A stretch of DNA of 64,000 bases from Pseudomonadota bacterium (lineage in GTDB: Bacteria > Pseudomonadota > Alphaproteobacteria > G022571365): NCBI GenBank assembly GCA_022571365.1, contig JACZXZ010000001.1, forward strand, positions 38,720 through 102,719. Reading direction: 5' to 3'. Shown in pieces: positions 30,978-42,576 of the stretch (positions are counted from its first letter, which is position 1; each line of letters starts with the position of its first letter). The position numbers and the translations under genes were made by a program. The notes beneath the pieces were generated by a model. The model had not been told where the DNA came from. It worked only from the letters and a program-made list of their open reading frames with translations, and made no database searches.

Positions 30978-31859
30978 TCAGTTGCCGAGCAACTGCGAGA
31001 TGTCCTCGGCTCGCTCGGAGAGCGCGGAGCGCAGCTTGTCGAGCGCCTTGCGTTCGATCTGTCGGATACGCTCTTTAGAGACCCCGAAGGTGGCGCCAAT
31101 CTCGGCGAGCGTACTGCGCTCGTCCTCAAGAAAACGGCTGACGATGATCTGCCGCTCGCGCGGCGAAAGGCGGTCGAGCGCCGCATGCAGCCACTGCGAC
31201 CGCGCGGTGTCGTCCTGGTCGGCCGCGACCAAATCCTCCGGCGACGGTCCCTCGTCGGGCAGGAGGTCCTGCGCCTCCTCCAGCTCGTCGCGGCCGATCG
31301 GCACGTTGAGCGATCGGTCGCTTGACGCCAGGTGGGAGTCTATGCGCTCCACCTCCGAAAGCGGCACGCCGAATTCGGATGCGATGCTCACCCGGTCATC
31401 GTAGGAGAGGGTTCCGTCGGGCTTTACGACCCGGCTGCCGCGGATGCGCCGGAGCTTGAAAAACAGGCTGCGGTGCATCGGCGTGGTGGCGAAACGGACG
31501 ATCGAGGAGTAGCGCAGGATGTGGTCCTGTATCGCCGCGATGATCCACCAGGTGGCGTAGGTCGAGAAACGCACTTCGCGCTCGGGATCGAAGCGCGTGG
31601 CGGCTTGGGTCAAACCGATATTGCCTTCCTGGATGAGGTCGCCGAGCGGCAGACTCGAGTAGCGGAAGTTCCAGGCGATCCGGACGACCAAGCGGGCGTG
31701 GCTTTCGATAAGCTCGTGTAATGCCGCTTCGTCGCCGTCCTGGCGCCAACGCCGGCCCAGCTCGAATTCCTGCTCGCGTTCGAGATAGGGCGCCTCCATC
31801 GCTGCCGAAATGTAACGGCGATCGCTGCGTTCGGTATTAGAGAAGTTGACGAAGGACAT
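30978..31859 (-). CDS. RNA polymerase sigma-32 family factor (RpoH2-like)
   Basis: DLIQEGNIGL, RFSTYATWWI, degenerate RpoH box HRSLFFKLR, GVSKERIRQIE. Confidence 0.88.
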   Translation of the reverse strand: MSFVNFSNTERSDRRYISAAMEAPYLEREQEFELGRRWRQDGDEAALHELIESHARLVVRIAWNFRYSSLPLGDLIQEGNIGLTQAATRFDPEREVRFSTYATWWIIAAIQDHILRYSSIVRFATTPMHRSLFFKLRRIRGSRVVKPDGTLSYDDRVSIASEFGVPLSEVERIDSHLASSDRSLNVPIGRDELEEAQDLLPDEGPSPEDLVAADQDDTARSQWLHAALDRLSPRERQIIVSRFLEDERSTLAEIGATFGVSKERIRQIERKALDKLRSALSERAEDISQLLGN

Positions 31860-31916
31860 GAGGCGATATCCCCACGGTGTATGCGAGCACGCAGCGTGAC
31901 ACGACGGGTGACTTAC

Positions 31917-31929
31917 TATCGAGTCGATA
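31917..31929. promoter_or_regulatory. palindromic putative operator between divergent sigma and MarR genes
   Basis: TATCGA-G-TCGATA; related TCGACTC at 31966-31972. Confidence 0.45.
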
Positions 31930-31986
31930 CTATATAATGGGCGAGATTGGCTTGCAAGAGTATTTTCGACTCACTACTATTCAGCC

Positions 31987-32580
31987 GTGGTTGATCGCAA
32001 AAGTTCTTCCGAGGGTCAGGTAGCCGAGCTGATCGACTGTATCGGTCGGCTTGCTCATTTCCTGCAGTTCGTCGAGGGCCTCAACCCGGCCCAATGGGAG
32101 GCGCTGCGCTTCCTGGCGCGGGCCAACCGCTATTCACAAACGCCCGGCGCGTTGGCCTGCTTTCTTCGCACCAGCAGGGGCACCACCTCGCAAACGCTCC
32201 GCGTTCTCGAGAGCAAAGGCTACGTTCGCCGCTTCCCGGACCGCCGCGACCGCCGCGTGGTCCAGCTGGAGCTCACGCCGGCCGGCGCGGCGCTGCTCGA
32301 CCACGATCCGATGCTTCGCATTCAGGAAGCTGCGGCCAATCTGTCGGGCGAGATGGGGAGCGACCTTGCCGAGGGGCTGAGTCGCATTCTGCACGCCGTA
32401 GAGAAGCGGTGCGGCCTCGATGAATTCGGCGTGTGCTGGGAGTGCGGCCACTTCCTGGTCAACAACGCCGCCGACGATAGGGCGGGCCCGCACCGCTGTG
32501 GCCTGACCGGCGATCCCCTGCGTGAGGCCGAGACCCGCCTGCTCTGTGTCAACACCATCCCGATCACCCCGCAAGCTTAA
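31987..32580 (+). CDS. MarR family regulator with C-terminal Cys cluster
   Basis: LNPAQWEALRFL, DRRDRRVVQLELT, CWECGHF..HRC..LC. Confidence 0.88.
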   Translation: MVDRKSSSEGQVAELIDCIGRLAHFLQFVEGLNPAQWEALRFLARANRYSQTPGALACFLRTSRGTTSQTLRVLESKGYVRRFPDRRDRRVVQLELTPAGAALLDHDPMLRIQEAAANLSGEMGSDLAEGLSRILHAVEKRCGLDEFGVCWECGHFLVNNAADDRAGPHRCGLTGDPLREAETRLLCVNTIPITPQA

Positions 32581-32723
32581 GCCGCCTCGCTCCCGCTGAG
32601 GCCGCATCCCGCGGCTCTCAAGGCGCTGTCTCCGGCCCTCTTCGAGGCGGCCGGTCTCGTATCGGCCGCGCCAGGGGCGTCAGGCTTCCGCGACCGCCCT
32701 GGCAAAGCCGGCCACCGGCCCGG

Positions 32724-33947
32724 CTATTCGGTGAAGGCCTGGATTCCGGTCTGCGCCCGGCCCAGGATCAGGGCGTGGATGTCGTGGGTGCCCTCGTAGG
32801 TGTTGACCGACTCCAGGTTCAGGACATGGCGGATAACGTGGAATTCGTCGACGATGCCGTTGGCGCCATGTATGTCGCGCGCCATGCGTGCGATCTCCAG
32901 GGCCTTGCCGGCGGAGTTGCGCTTGAGCATGGAGATCGCCTCGGGCGTCATGCGCCCCTCGTCCATCAGCCGGCCGAGCCTGAGACAGCTCTGGAGTCCA
33001 AGGGTGATCTCGGTCTGCATGTCGGCGAGTTTTTTCTGAACCAGCTGGTTGGCCGCGAGCGGCCGGCCGAACTGGGTGCGCTCGAGCGCATAGGAGCGGG
33101 CCGCGTGCCAGCAGAACTCGGCGGCGCCCAGTGCGCCCCAGGCGATGCTGTAGCGCGCCCCGTTGAGGCAGCCGAACGGCCCCTTGAGTCCCTTGACGTT
33201 GGGCAGCAGATTGTCCTCGGGCACGAACACATCGTCCATGACGATCTCGCCGGTGATCGAGGCCCTGAGCGAGAACTTGCCTTCGATCTTGGGCGTGGTG
33301 AGCCCCTTCATGCCTTTCTCCAGGAGGAAACCGCGGATCTCACCGTCGTCGTCTTTCGCCCACACCACGAAGACGTCGGCGACCGGCGAGTTGGTGATCC
33401 ACATCTTGGCGCCGGACAGCTGATAGCCGCCGTCGGCCTTGCGCGCGCGGGTTTTCATGCCGCCCGGGTCGGAGCCATGGTCGGGCTCGGTGAGGCCGAT
33501 GCAGACGATCCATTCGCCTTTCGCCAGCTTGGGCAGGTACTTCTGCCGCTGCTCCTCGGTGCCGTAGGCGTGGATGGCGTCCATGCCCAGGCTCGACTGG
33601 ACGCTCAAACACGAGCGATAGGCCGAATCCACGCGCTCGAGCTCGCGGGCGATGAGGCCGTAGGACACGTAGTTGACTCCGGCGCAGCCGTAGCCCTTGA
33701 GCGTCGCGCCCAGGAATCCCAGCGCCCCCATCTCGGTCATGACCTCACGGTCGAAGCGCTCGTGGCGATGGGCCTCCAGGATGCGCGGCATCAGCTTGTC
33801 CTGGGCGTAGGCCCGCGCGCTGTCGCGAACCATGCGCTCCTCCTCGCTGAGTTGGTCCTCGAGGACCAAGGGGTCATCCCACTGGAAAGCGGCCGCTGCC
33901 GCTTCCTTGGTCGACTCTTTGGGCGCGGCGACCTGTCGTTGCGTCAT
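32724..33947 (-). CDS. gcdH: glutaryl-CoA dehydrogenase-like acyl-CoA dehydrogenase
   Basis: [39 protein letters not shown]; start set at ATG 33947. Confidence 0.88.
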   Translation of the reverse strand: MTQRQVAAPKESTKEAAAAAFQWDDPLVLEDQLSEEERMVRDSARAYAQDKLMPRILEAHRHERFDREVMTEMGALGFLGATLKGYGCAGVNYVSYGLIARELERVDSAYRSCLSVQSSLGMDAIHAYGTEEQRQKYLPKLAKGEWIVCIGLTEPDHGSDPGGMKTRARKADGGYQLSGAKMWITNSPVADVFVVWAKDDDGEIRGFLLEKGMKGLTTPKIEGKFSLRASITGEIVMDDVFVPEDNLLPNVKGLKGPFGCLNGARYSIAWGALGAAEFCWHAARSYALERTQFGRPLAANQLVQKKLADMQTEITLGLQSCLRLGRLMDEGRMTPEAISMLKRNSAGKALEIARMARDIHGANGIVDEFHVIRHVLNLESVNTYEGTHDIHALILGRAQTGIQAFTE

Positions 33948-34007
33948 CTCTCTTTTCGCTCGCAATGTCCCGGAGCCAGTGCCTTCCAATATACGTTCCT
34001 TCAGGCG

Positions 34008-34036
34008 CCTTTCCCAACAATACCTTTCCCAACAAT
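34008..34036. repeat. 14-bp direct repeat at 15-bp period upstream of gcdH
   Basis: cctttcccaacaat-a-cctttcccaacaat. Confidence 0.85.
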
Positions 34037-34304
34037 CTATGTTCACCGGACGGCGTGGTCGGGCGCGGCCGCGGGGGCGCCGCCTGGCCACGCGCGGGAA
34101 GATGTGAAAGCGCGCCTCAAGTCCCAATGCGGGTTCGCCAGGCGGCCGGGGGCAAATCAAGCGGGTGTAATCCGGCCATGCCCCATGCCTTGTGCCGGTC
34201 AAGGCCGCGGCATCGCTGTGCCCTATGATTGCCCCGGTAGGGGGCCGGATGTATAACCCTGAAGCTTCGTCTCTCATGGGAGAAGAGCATTCAGGGAGGA
34301 AATC

Positions 34305-35543
34305 ATGCCCAGGAATCCTCATCAGGAACAGTCGCCGAAGCTGTTCGTCCGCGCGGCGCTCCTCGGCGCCGTAGCCGCCGCCTTCTTGGCGGGTGCCCCG
34401 GCCGCGGCCGATGAGAAGGCGAGGATCGGCGCGCTCGTGCCGATGACCGGACCGCTTCAGGACTTTGGCGAGCCAACGCTGAACGCCATCCGGCTGGCGG
34501 TCGATCAGGTCAACCAGGGGGGCGGCTTGCTCGGCGGCACGCTCGGGATTGCGGTCGGTGATACCCAAACCAGCCCGCAAGCCGGGGTCGATGCCGCGAA
34601 CATGTTGGTCTCGCTGGAAGGGGTGAGCGGCATCGTCGGCGCCGCGTCGAGCGGCGTCACCATGCCGGTGGCCAGGAGCGTCTCGAGCGTCAAGGGGGTG
34701 CCGCAAATATCGGGCGCCTCGACCTCGCCGGCCATCACCACTCTGGACGACAAGGACTTCCTGTTCCGGACCACGCCGCACGACGCGCTGCAGGGCATGG
34801 TTATGGCCGACATCGTGAAGAAGAAGGGCTTCGACACCGTCTCGGTCATCTACGTCAACAACGACTACGGCGACGGCCTTCAGAAAGCCTTCGCAGACGC
34901 GTTCGTAAAGCTGGGGGGCAAGGTGGTGGCGTCGCTTCCCTATGAGGAGAAGAAGGCCTCCTATCGGGGCGAGTTAGCCCAGCTGGCCAAGGGCGACCCG
35001 CAGATTCTCGTAATGATCGCCTATACCGGAGACGGCGTTCCCATTCTCCGCCAGTCCCTCGAGCAGGGGTATTTCTCCAAGTTTGTCTTTTCCGATGGGA
35101 TGAAGGCGCCGGAGATCATCGATCAGGTCGGCGCCGAATACCTCAACGGCTCCTTCGGCACCGCGCCGGAAGCAGTCGAAACCGACTCCTCGAGGCGCTT
35201 CAAGGAAGCCTACGAGGCCAAGTACGGCGAGCTGCCGCCAAAGCCCTTCCTCGACACGGCCTATGACGCCGCGTTCCTGCTGGCCCTCGCCATCGAGAAG
35301 GCCGGCAGCGCCGAGGGCAGAGCGGTGCGCGATGCGCTGCGTTTCGTGGCCAACCCGCCGGGCACCCCGATCCTGCCGGGCGAGTGGGCGAAGGCGAAGG
35401 CGCTTCTCGCCCAGGGCGAGGATATCGACTATGCCGGCGCGGCCGGTTCGCAGAATTTCGACGCGGCTGGTGACGTGCCGGGGACCATCGGGCACTGGGT
35501 CATCGAGGACGGCCGGATCAGGACCGTCGAAATTCTGGAATAG
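34305..35543 (+). CDS. branched-chain amino acid-type ABC substrate-binding protein
   Basis: Signal peptide, [23 protein letters not shown]. Confidence 0.92.
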   Translation: MPRNPHQEQSPKLFVRAALLGAVAAAFLAGAPAAADEKARIGALVPMTGPLQDFGEPTLNAIRLAVDQVNQGGGLLGGTLGIAVGDTQTSPQAGVDAANMLVSLEGVSGIVGAASSGVTMPVARSVSSVKGVPQISGASTSPAITTLDDKDFLFRTTPHDALQGMVMADIVKKKGFDTVSVIYVNNDYGDGLQKAFADAFVKLGGKVVASLPYEEKKASYRGELAQLAKGDPQILVMIAYTGDGVPILRQSLEQGYFSKFVFSDGMKAPEIIDQVGAEYLNGSFGTAPEAVETDSSRRFKEAYEAKYGELPPKPFLDTAYDAAFLLALAIEKAGSAEGRAVRDALRFVANPPGTPILPGEWAKAKALLAQGEDIDYAGAAGSQNFDAAGDVPGTIGHWVIEDGRIRTVEILE

Positions 35544-35670
35544 CCTGCGTCACGGCGCTGCACCACAAATTCAGCAGCCTTGTCTGCGGGCTTTCCTTTC
35601 GGCCCGGTTCCGCGCCCGGCCGGTCAGCCGGACCCCCGGCGACCTCGGCTGTTGCCCCTCTTGCTCCGGA

Positions 35671-36633
35671 TCACCGGCCGCGCCTTTCTCCCTCATCGCC
35701 CGTGACGGACGGGGGCTTCTCCTTCAGCATGCCCTCGGGTCGCGTCAGCAGGATGATCTGGAGCATGAGGCCGATGAGAAACGGGCGCAGGGCCGCCGCT
35801 TGAGTCATCAGCTCCGGCGGCATTCGGTTGGCCAGGAATCCGGTAATCGACCATATGAACCAGATGACCAATGCGCCCAGGATGGCGCCCCGGTTGTTGC
35901 CGCTGCCGCCGGCGATCAGCATGACCCATACCAGGAACGTCGCGAACATGGGATCGAAAGCTTCGGGGCTGATGAAACCGAAAGAGTGGGCATAGAGCGC
36001 CCCGCCCAGGCCCATGATCATGGAGCCGAGGATAAAGGCCTCCAGCCGGAACCGCAGGACGTTCTTGCCCACCGCGCTCGCCGCCAGCTCGTTCTCCCGA
36101 ATGGCCCTGAGGACCCGCCCCCAGGGCGCCCGCAAGAGCCGTTCGATGGCGAGATAGACGATGAGGACGATGGCCAGCACGATCAGCAGATAGACGAGCG
36201 TCTGGACCTCTGGGGAGAGCGTGTCGAACGGCTTGGGAATGCCCTTGATGCCCCGCACGCCATGGGTCAGCCAGGCCTCATTTTTCAGGATAAGGCGGAC
36301 GATCTCGCCGATGCCGATGGTGGCGATGGCGAGGTAGTCGGCGCGCAGATTAAGGGTCACCAGCCCGATCAAGAGAGCGAGCAACCCTGAGGCCACCATG
36401 GCGCCGATCAGCCCCACCGGAAAGGGCAGGTCGAAGCCGCCCAAGTAGTTGGGGCTGGGCGGCGTGGTCAGGATGGTGGTGGTGTAGGCGCCGACCGCGA
36501 AGAAGGCGGCGATGCCGATATTGAACAGCCCGGCAAATCCCCACTGCACGTTAAGGCCCAGGCTGAGCACCGCGTAGATGCCCGCGAACGTCAGGAGAGG
36601 AATCAAGTAGCCGATCAGCCCGGTGAGTTCCAT
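35671..36633 (-). CDS. livM: ABC permease (LivM-like)
   Basis: LGLNVQWGFAGLFNIG, LRADYLAIAT, LRAIRENE, GGSGN. Confidence 0.85.
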   Translation of the reverse strand: MELTGLIGYLIPLLTFAGIYAVLSLGLNVQWGFAGLFNIGIAAFFAVGAYTTTILTTPPSPNYLGGFDLPFPVGLIGAMVASGLLALLIGLVTLNLRADYLAIATIGIGEIVRLILKNEAWLTHGVRGIKGIPKPFDTLSPEVQTLVYLLIVLAIVLIVYLAIERLLRAPWGRVLRAIRENELAASAVGKNVLRFRLEAFILGSMIMGLGGALYAHSFGFISPEAFDPMFATFLVWVMLIAGGSGNNRGAILGALVIWFIWSITGFLANRMPPELMTQAAALRPFLIGLMLQIILLTRPEGMLKEKPPSVTGDEGERRGR

Positions 36634-37496
36634 TACCTCGATCTTCCCCCGAACAGGCCGGTCGGCCTTACGATCAAGATGATGACCATGAGCGCGAAGG
36701 CGACGGCCGACTTGTAGGCCGGTGAGAAGAACAGGGTGGACATCTCCTCGGCGATTCCGACCGTCATGCCGCCGGCGATGGCCCCGTAGGGCTTGCCGAT
36801 GCCGCCCATGATGGCGGCCGCGAACACCGGCAGCAGCATATTCCAGCCCATGAAGGGCTGCAGCCGCGTATCCATGGCGAGGAAAATTCCGGCCCCCGCG
36901 GCGAGCGCGCCACCCAGCGCCCAGGTCCACATGATGACGCGCTCGGTCTCGATGCCGGTGATTTCAGCGAGGTCCATGTTGTCGCTCATCGCGCGCATGG
37001 CCTTGCCCATCTTGGTGTATTGCAGGAACAGGTGGAGCAATATGACCAGAATAATGACGCCGGCCAGAATCACGAGGTGGTCGGGCTTGATGCGCAGGCC
37101 GAAGATTTCGAGCGGAAACTGGATTCCCGGCTCGTAAACCAGGCTCTGCGGCCCCCAGATGAACTGGACCAGGCTGCGAAGCATGAGCCCGACGCCGAAC
37201 GAGGAGATCAACAGAATGACCGGCGCGGTCCGGCGCAGCCGTTTGTACAGGACCCGATCTATCGCGATCGCGACCACGGCGCCGCCGGCCAGGGCCATGG
37301 GGAAGGCCGCGTAGATCGGCCAGCCCAGCCCGGCGACGAAGACCAGGGCTAAATAGGCGCCGACCGTCATCATGTCGCCATGGGCGAAGTTGGCGAAGCG
37401 CAGAATGCCGAAAAGCAGCGATAGCCCGACCGCGCCCAGCGTAATAATGCTGCCCAGCACGATGCCGAAGATGAGAACCTGAAGGATTTCAATCAC
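36633..37496 (-). CDS. livH: ABC permease (LivH-like)
   Basis: FANFAHGD, GKAMRAMSDN, AIMGGIG. Confidence 0.85.
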   Translation of the reverse strand: MIEILQVLIFGIVLGSIITLGAVGLSLLFGILRFANFAHGDMMTVGAYLALVFVAGLGWPIYAAFPMALAGGAVVAIAIDRVLYKRLRRTAPVILLISSFGVGLMLRSLVQFIWGPQSLVYEPGIQFPLEIFGLRIKPDHLVILAGVIILVILLHLFLQYTKMGKAMRAMSDNMDLAEITGIETERVIMWTWALGGALAAGAGIFLAMDTRLQPFMGWNMLLPVFAAAIMGGIGKPYGAIAGGMTVGIAEEMSTLFFSPAYKSAVAFALMVIILIVRPTGLFGGRSR

Positions 37497-37518
37497 GCCG
37501 CACGCAGCGCCTTGGCCA

Positions 37519-38223
37519 TCATCCGCCGAGGAACATTTCCATCACGTCGGGGTTGGCCAGCAGGTTGGGGCCGGTGTCTTCGAACCGGCTCCGACCCATG
37601 GTCATGAGGTAACCGCGATGGGCGAAGCTCAAGGCGCGTTTCGCATTCTGCTCGACCATCAGGAAGCTGATTCCGAGGTCGTTGATGGTCCGGATCCTTT
37701 CGAAGATCAGGTCGACGACCTGGGGAGAAAGACCCGCCGTCGGTTCGTCCAGCATCAAAAGCCGCGGCGTCAGCATGAGCGCCCGGCCGATCGCCACCAT
37801 CTGCCGCTCGCCGCCGGAGAGCAAGCCCGCGGCCTGGCGCCGCTTGTCCTTGAGCGGCGGGAAAATCTCGAAGACATGGGCGAGCTGCTCCGAGAAGTCG
37901 TCGGTGCGGATGAAGGCACCCATCTCCAGGTTTTCTTTGACGGTAAGCGACGGGAACACATTGTACTCCTGGGGCACGTAGGACATGCCGCGGCGCACGA
38001 TGATGCTGCTGCGCAGGTTGGTGATCTCCTCGCCACTGAAGAGGATTCGGCCTTCGCGCACCGGCACCAGGCCAAAAATGGCTTTCATCACCGTTGACTT
38101 GCCGGCGCCGTTGGGGCCGATGATGACGACGATTTCACCGGGCTCGACCCTGAGTTCGACACCGTGAAGGATATCGGCGCCGCCGTAGCCGCCGTATATG
38201 CCGTTCACTTCGAGCAGGCTCAT
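37519..38223 (-). CDS. livF: ABC ATP-binding protein (LivF-like)
   Basis: GPNGAGKS, LSGGERQM, LDEPTAGLSP. Confidence 0.88.
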   Translation of the reverse strand: MSLLEVNGIYGGYGGADILHGVELRVEPGEIVVIIGPNGAGKSTVMKAIFGLVPVREGRILFSGEEITNLRSSIIVRRGMSYVPQEYNVFPSLTVKENLEMGAFIRTDDFSEQLAHVFEIFPPLKDKRRQAAGLLSGGERQMVAIGRALMLTPRLLMLDEPTAGLSPQVVDLIFERIRTINDLGISFLMVEQNAKRALSFAHRGYLMTMGRSRFEDTGPNLLANPDVMEMFLGG

Positions 38224-38344
38224 TGGCGCGTCCGTCCGCTGTCAATCCCGGCCCCCCGGGGAGCCGAGCGCGGCACGCGGCGGGATGGCCGCCGGCTCGT
38301 TGCCGGTTGCGGCCGGCCGCTCCTCGACCGGGTTGCTCGCACGC

Positions 38345-39142
38345 CTAATGCCTGCTGTCCTGATGCGCGCCCCCCGAGGCCCCGACCATATCGCCGCCGA
38401 GATAGGCCTCGATGACTCCTTCGTTGCGCCGGATCTCATCCATGCTGCCCGTGGCGAAAACGCGCCCCTGCGCCATGACGATAATCGGGTCGCACAGCTT
38501 GGCAATCATGTCCATGTCGTGCTCGATCACGCAGAAGGTATAGCCGAGCTCCTTGTTAAGCCGGAGGATGTTGTCGGTCAATTTGGCAAGCAGCGTGCGG
38601 TTCACCCCGGCACCGGGCTCGTCAAGCAGGATCACGCGGGAATCGGACATCATCGCCCGACCGAGTTCCAAGAGCTTCTTCTGACCCCCGGACAGATTCC
38701 CGGCAAGCTCGTTCTTGACCTCGGAAAGCTGCAGGAAATCGATGGCCTTCTCGGCTTTGCGGCGCAACTCGCGCTCCTCGCGCCGCACCTTGCCCCAGCG
38801 CAGCCAGGCGGAAACCATCGACTCACCCGATTGCCCGCTTGGCACGACCATCAGGCTTTCCAGCACCGTCATGCGACTGAAGGCGTGCGGAATCTGGAAG
38901 GTCCGGATCAGCCCAAGGTGGAACAGCCGGTGCGGCGCCATGCCGGTGATGTCGCGTCCGGCGAGTTCGATGCGGCCGGAGTCGGGCCGCATGAAGCCGG
39001 CGATGATATCGAACAGTGTCGTCTTGCCGGCGCCGTTGGGGCCGATGAGCCCGGTGATGGTGCTTTCGGCAATATCCAGGGTGCAGCCGTCTACCGCGCG
39101 AATGCCGCCGAACGTCTTGACCAAGTTTCGAACCGAAATCAC
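38345..39142 (-). CDS. livG: ABC ATP-binding protein (LivG-like)
   Basis: GPNGAGKTT, RTFQ, LSGGQKKLLE, IEHDM, EAYLG. Confidence 0.88.
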   Translation of the reverse strand: MISVRNLVKTFGGIRAVDGCTLDIAESTITGLIGPNGAGKTTLFDIIAGFMRPDSGRIELAGRDITGMAPHRLFHLGLIRTFQIPHAFSRMTVLESLMVVPSGQSGESMVSAWLRWGKVRREERELRRKAEKAIDFLQLSEVKNELAGNLSGGQKKLLELGRAMMSDSRVILLDEPGAGVNRTLLAKLTDNILRLNKELGYTFCVIEHDMDMIAKLCDPIIVMAQGRVFATGSMDEIRRNEGVIEAYLGGDMVGASGGAHQDSRH

Positions 39143-39410
39143 GGGGACGGGATTCTGAATTGTGTCGTATGGAGTCCGGGTGAGCCTTTTAGGTTATAGG
39201 GATTTGGCACCGATCGACAGGGGGTGCGGAACCGAGTGGATGCCGGCCACGAGAGGGATTGCGCCAAACCGGCGCGCCAAAGGCACGAATCACATGCCGG
39301 CAGCCGCGTCTTGCGGTTCCGGGACGAGGGTATTACGACGCCCGCTTGGCGCTGAAGCCGGAAGGTGGTTCCCAGGCTGAAAGGCGAAACCGCGTCCGCG
39401 CGCGGTCCTG

Positions 39411-39860
39411 CTATTTCTTCGCGCGGCGCCCACGCTTCGGATGACGCGCCTTGCGGCCGAGGCCGATCTTCTTGGCGAAGGCCGAACGCTGGGCGGCGTA
39501 ATTCGGCGCGACCATGGGATAGTCCGGTGCCAGGCCCCACTTTGCCCGGTATTCATCCGGGGTCAGATTATAGGTGGTGCGCAGGTGGCGCTTAAGCATC
39601 TTCAGCTTCTTGCCGTCATCAAGGCAGATGATGAAGTCCGGCGTCACTGACCTGCGGATCGGAACGGCCGGTTTCAGCGGTTCCCGTTTGACCTCGCCGA
39701 GGCCGCTTTCAAGCGCGTTCAAGGAACCGTACACCGACTTGATGGTGTCAGCGATTTGCGTGGCCGGCAGCAAGTTATTGCTGACATAGGCGGACACGAC
39801 TTCCGCTGTCATGCGCAGGATCTCCCCCTGGGGAAATTTTGCTGAATTGTCCTCGCTCAT
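39411..39860 (-). CDS. mucR: Ros/MucR family regulator
   Basis: AYVSNN, PAVPIRRSV, CLDDGKKLKMLKRHL, YPMVAPNY; AT-rich upstream region. Confidence 0.95.
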   Translation of the reverse strand: MSEDNSAKFPQGEILRMTAEVVSAYVSNNLLPATQIADTIKSVYGSLNALESGLGEVKREPLKPAVPIRRSVTPDFIICLDDGKKLKMLKRHLRTTYNLTPDEYRAKWGLAPDYPMVAPNYAAQRSAFAKKIGLGRKARHPKRGRRAKK

Positions 39861-40313
39861 TTGGCACTTACCTTTGTTAGCATTGAGTTAGAATTCCTTC
39901 ATTGCATACCATTGCTTTTTTGTCAATTCAAAACAAAACCATTCAGAGTATTAAAGTCTTGTCATGCATTAGTCAGTAAGAAAACCTCGGATGAAAAGGG
40001 GGATAGCTGATTTTCACCGGTTCCTAATCTGTTGTGCCCAAAGAAAGGCATGGCGAGCCGCCCGCCACCGTGAGACCAGCCCGGGCCATGAGAGCCTCTC
40101 GCTCGATGCCGGCATCATATTATTGTTCAGGCGCTTGTCCTGGCCGCTATGTGCTTTGTATGTTCCGCGTCTTATGCCGCTTTCTTTCCCGATCCTGCTT
40201 CGGGCTACGACGGCGGAAGCCTCGTCGCGACAGTTTGTGGCAGGCTGGCGTGGGGCTGCGACATATGGTATTGAGAAACATGACTTGTAAGGAGTTGTTG
40301 CCGATCTCGGACC

Positions 40314-40748
40314 ATGAAGAAAGAGACCATCGCCATCGCCAGCGACCATGCCGGCCGCGAGCTCAAAAACATCCTCAAGGAAGAGCTTGCAGCCCTGGGC
40401 TACGGGGTCATGGATCTCGGTACGAATGACCACGAGAGCGTCGACTATCCCGATTTTGCCAACGCCCTGGCCGCGGTCCTCAAGGAGAACAAGGCAAGCC
40501 GCGGGGTGCTGGTCTGCGGCACCGGCATCGGCATCAGCATCGCCGCCAACCGTCACCCGGAAATTCGCGCCGCGCCCTGTCACGATGCGCTCAGTGCGCG
40601 TCTGGCGCGGCAGCATGTTGACGCCAACGTGCTCGCCTTTGGCGGGCGGCTCATCGGCGTCGAGACCGCCAAGGACTGTCTCAGGGTTTTTTTGACGACG
40701 GCCTTTGAAGGCGGCCGTCACGCGCGTCGCGTCCAAAAGCTCGCGTGA
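40314..40748 (+). CDS. rpiB: ribose-5-phosphate isomerase B
   Basis: ASDHAG, DYPD, CGTGIG, FEGGRH. Confidence 0.96.
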   Translation: MKKETIAIASDHAGRELKNILKEELAALGYGVMDLGTNDHESVDYPDFANALAAVLKENKASRGVLVCGTGIGISIAANRHPEIRAAPCHDALSARLARQHVDANVLAFGGRLIGVETAKDCLRVFLTTAFEGGRHARRVQKLA

Positions 40749-40783
40749 CGATCCGGCTATATCAAGCAAGAAGAGCGTTATCC

Positions 40784-42097
40784 ATGCGGCCCGCAAAAAC
40801 TGCCGATAGCACGGATTTCCTGGACCGCCACTTCACCGAGCGCTTGGCCGAGAGCGATCCCGACCTTTTCCGGGCGATCGTGGGCGAGATCCGCCGCGAG
40901 CAGGATCAGATCGAGCTGATCGCCTCGGAAAATATGGTGTCAAGGGGCGTGCTCGAGGCCCAGGGATCGGTGCTCACCAACAAATACGCCGAAGGCTACC
41001 CGGGCCGGCGTTACTATGGCGGTTGCGAGCATGTCGATGTCGCCGAGTCGCTTGCCATCGAGCGCGCCAAGGCCCTGTTCGACTGCGCCTTCGTCAACGT
41101 CCAGCCCCATGCCGGCGCCCAGGCCAATGGGATCGTCTTCTTCGCCCTTTTGCAGCCGGGCGACACGATCCTGGGCATGTCGTTGGCGGCTGGCGGTCAC
41201 CTCACCCACGGCGCCCCGCCCACTTTCTCGGGCAGGTGGTTCAAGGCCGTGCAATACGGCGTCGGCCGCGAGGACGGGCTGATCGACTTCGAAGAGGTCT
41301 TCCGCCTGGCCCGCGAGCACAAGCCGAAGCTCATCATCGCCGGCGGCTCGGCCTACGCGCGGATCATTGATTTTCCCCGCTTCCGGGCTATCGCCGATGA
41401 GGTCGGCGCCTATTTGATGGTCGATATGGCCCATTTCGCGGGCCTGGTTGCCGGCGGGGTCCATCCGAGTCCGCTGCCCCATGCCCATGTGGTGACCACG
41501 ACGACCCACAAAACCCTGCGCGGCGCGCGGGGTGGCATGATTCTAACCAACGATCCCGAGCTCGCAAAAAAGTTCAACTCCGCCACCTTTCCGGGCGTCC
41601 AGGGCGGGCCTTTGATGCATGCCATCGCGGCCAAGGCGGTGGCGCTCGGCGAGGCCTTGCAGCCCGAGTTCAAGGTCTACGCGCGACGGGTCGTGGACAA
41701 CGCCCAGGCGCTCGCCGCGACGCTCATGGAGCGCGGGGTCGACATCGTCACGGGCGGCACCGACACGCATTTGATGCTGGTTGACCTTCGGCCCAAGGGA
41801 CTGACCGGCAAGGAGGCCGAGCGGAGCCTCGAAGCCGCCGGGATCACCTGCAACAAGAACGCCATTCCGTTCGACCCGGAAAAGCCTTCGATCGCCTCCG
41901 GGATCCGGCTTGGCACCCCGGCCGCCACCACGCGCGGTTTCGGCATCGCCGAGTTCCGCCAGGTGGGGGAGATGATCGGCGATGTCCTCGATGGCCTGGT
42001 CGCCAATCGAGATGACAACACCCGGGTCGAGTCCGAGGTCCACGGCAAGGTGCTGGAGCTGTGCCGGCGCTTTCCGGTTTACCCGGACATAGCATAG
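40784..42097 (+). CDS. glyA: serine hydroxymethyltransferase
   Basis: [31 protein letters not shown]. Confidence 0.97.
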   Translation: MRPAKTADSTDFLDRHFTERLAESDPDLFRAIVGEIRREQDQIELIASENMVSRGVLEAQGSVLTNKYAEGYPGRRYYGGCEHVDVAESLAIERAKALFDCAFVNVQPHAGAQANGIVFFALLQPGDTILGMSLAAGGHLTHGAPPTFSGRWFKAVQYGVGREDGLIDFEEVFRLAREHKPKLIIAGGSAYARIIDFPRFRAIADEVGAYLMVDMAHFAGLVAGGVHPSPLPHAHVVTTTTHKTLRGARGGMILTNDPELAKKFNSATFPGVQGGPLMHAIAAKAVALGEALQPEFKVYARRVVDNAQALAATLMERGVDIVTGGTDTHLMLVDLRPKGLTGKEAERSLEAAGITCNKNAIPFDPEKPSIASGIRLGTPAATTRGFGIAEFRQVGEMIGDVLDGLVANRDDNTRVESEVHGKVLELCRRFPVYPDIA

Positions 42098-42114
42098 CTT
42101 GACAGGGGGATTCG

Positions 42115-42576
42115 ATGCGCTGCCCGTTCTGTGGTCATGACGATACCCAAGTCAAAGACTCGCGGCCGACCGAGGACAACACGGCGATCCGCCGCCGGCG
42201 GTTCTGTCCCGATTGCGGCGCGCGGTTCACTACTTTTGAGCGCGTTCAACTGCGCGAGCTGACGGTTATCAAGAAGGGGGGGAAGCGCCAGCGGTTCGAT
42301 CGCGACAAACTGGCGCGCTCGATCCAGATCGCCCTGCGTAAACGCCCGGTTCCGGAAGAGCGCGTCGAGAGGATCATCAACGGCATCGTACGGCAGCTCG
42401 AAAGCTCGGGCGCAAGCGAGATTCCCTCCGAGGTGATTGGCGAGATGGTGATGGACACCCTCGCCAATCTCGACCAGGTTGCCTATGTGCGGTTCGCGTC
42501 GGTCTACCGCAACTTCCGCGAAGCCAAGGACTTCGAGGACTTCGTGGGTCAGCTGAGTGGCCGAGACGAAGACTGA
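42115..42576 (+). CDS. nrdR: transcriptional repressor NrdR
   Basis: [29 protein letters not shown]. Confidence 0.97.
   Translation: MRCPFCGHDDTQVKDSRPTEDNTAIRRRRFCPDCGARFTTFERVQLRELTVIKKGGKRQRFDRDKLARSIQIALRKRPVPEERVERIINGIVRQLESSGASEIPSEVIGEMVMDTLANLDQVAYVRFASVYRNFREAKDFEDFVGQLSGRDED

Noticed and set aside
33948-34781. N-terminal extension of the 685-aa ORF containing gcdH
   Set aside because: It overlaps the opposite-strand ABC binding-protein gene; homology begins near ATG 33947.
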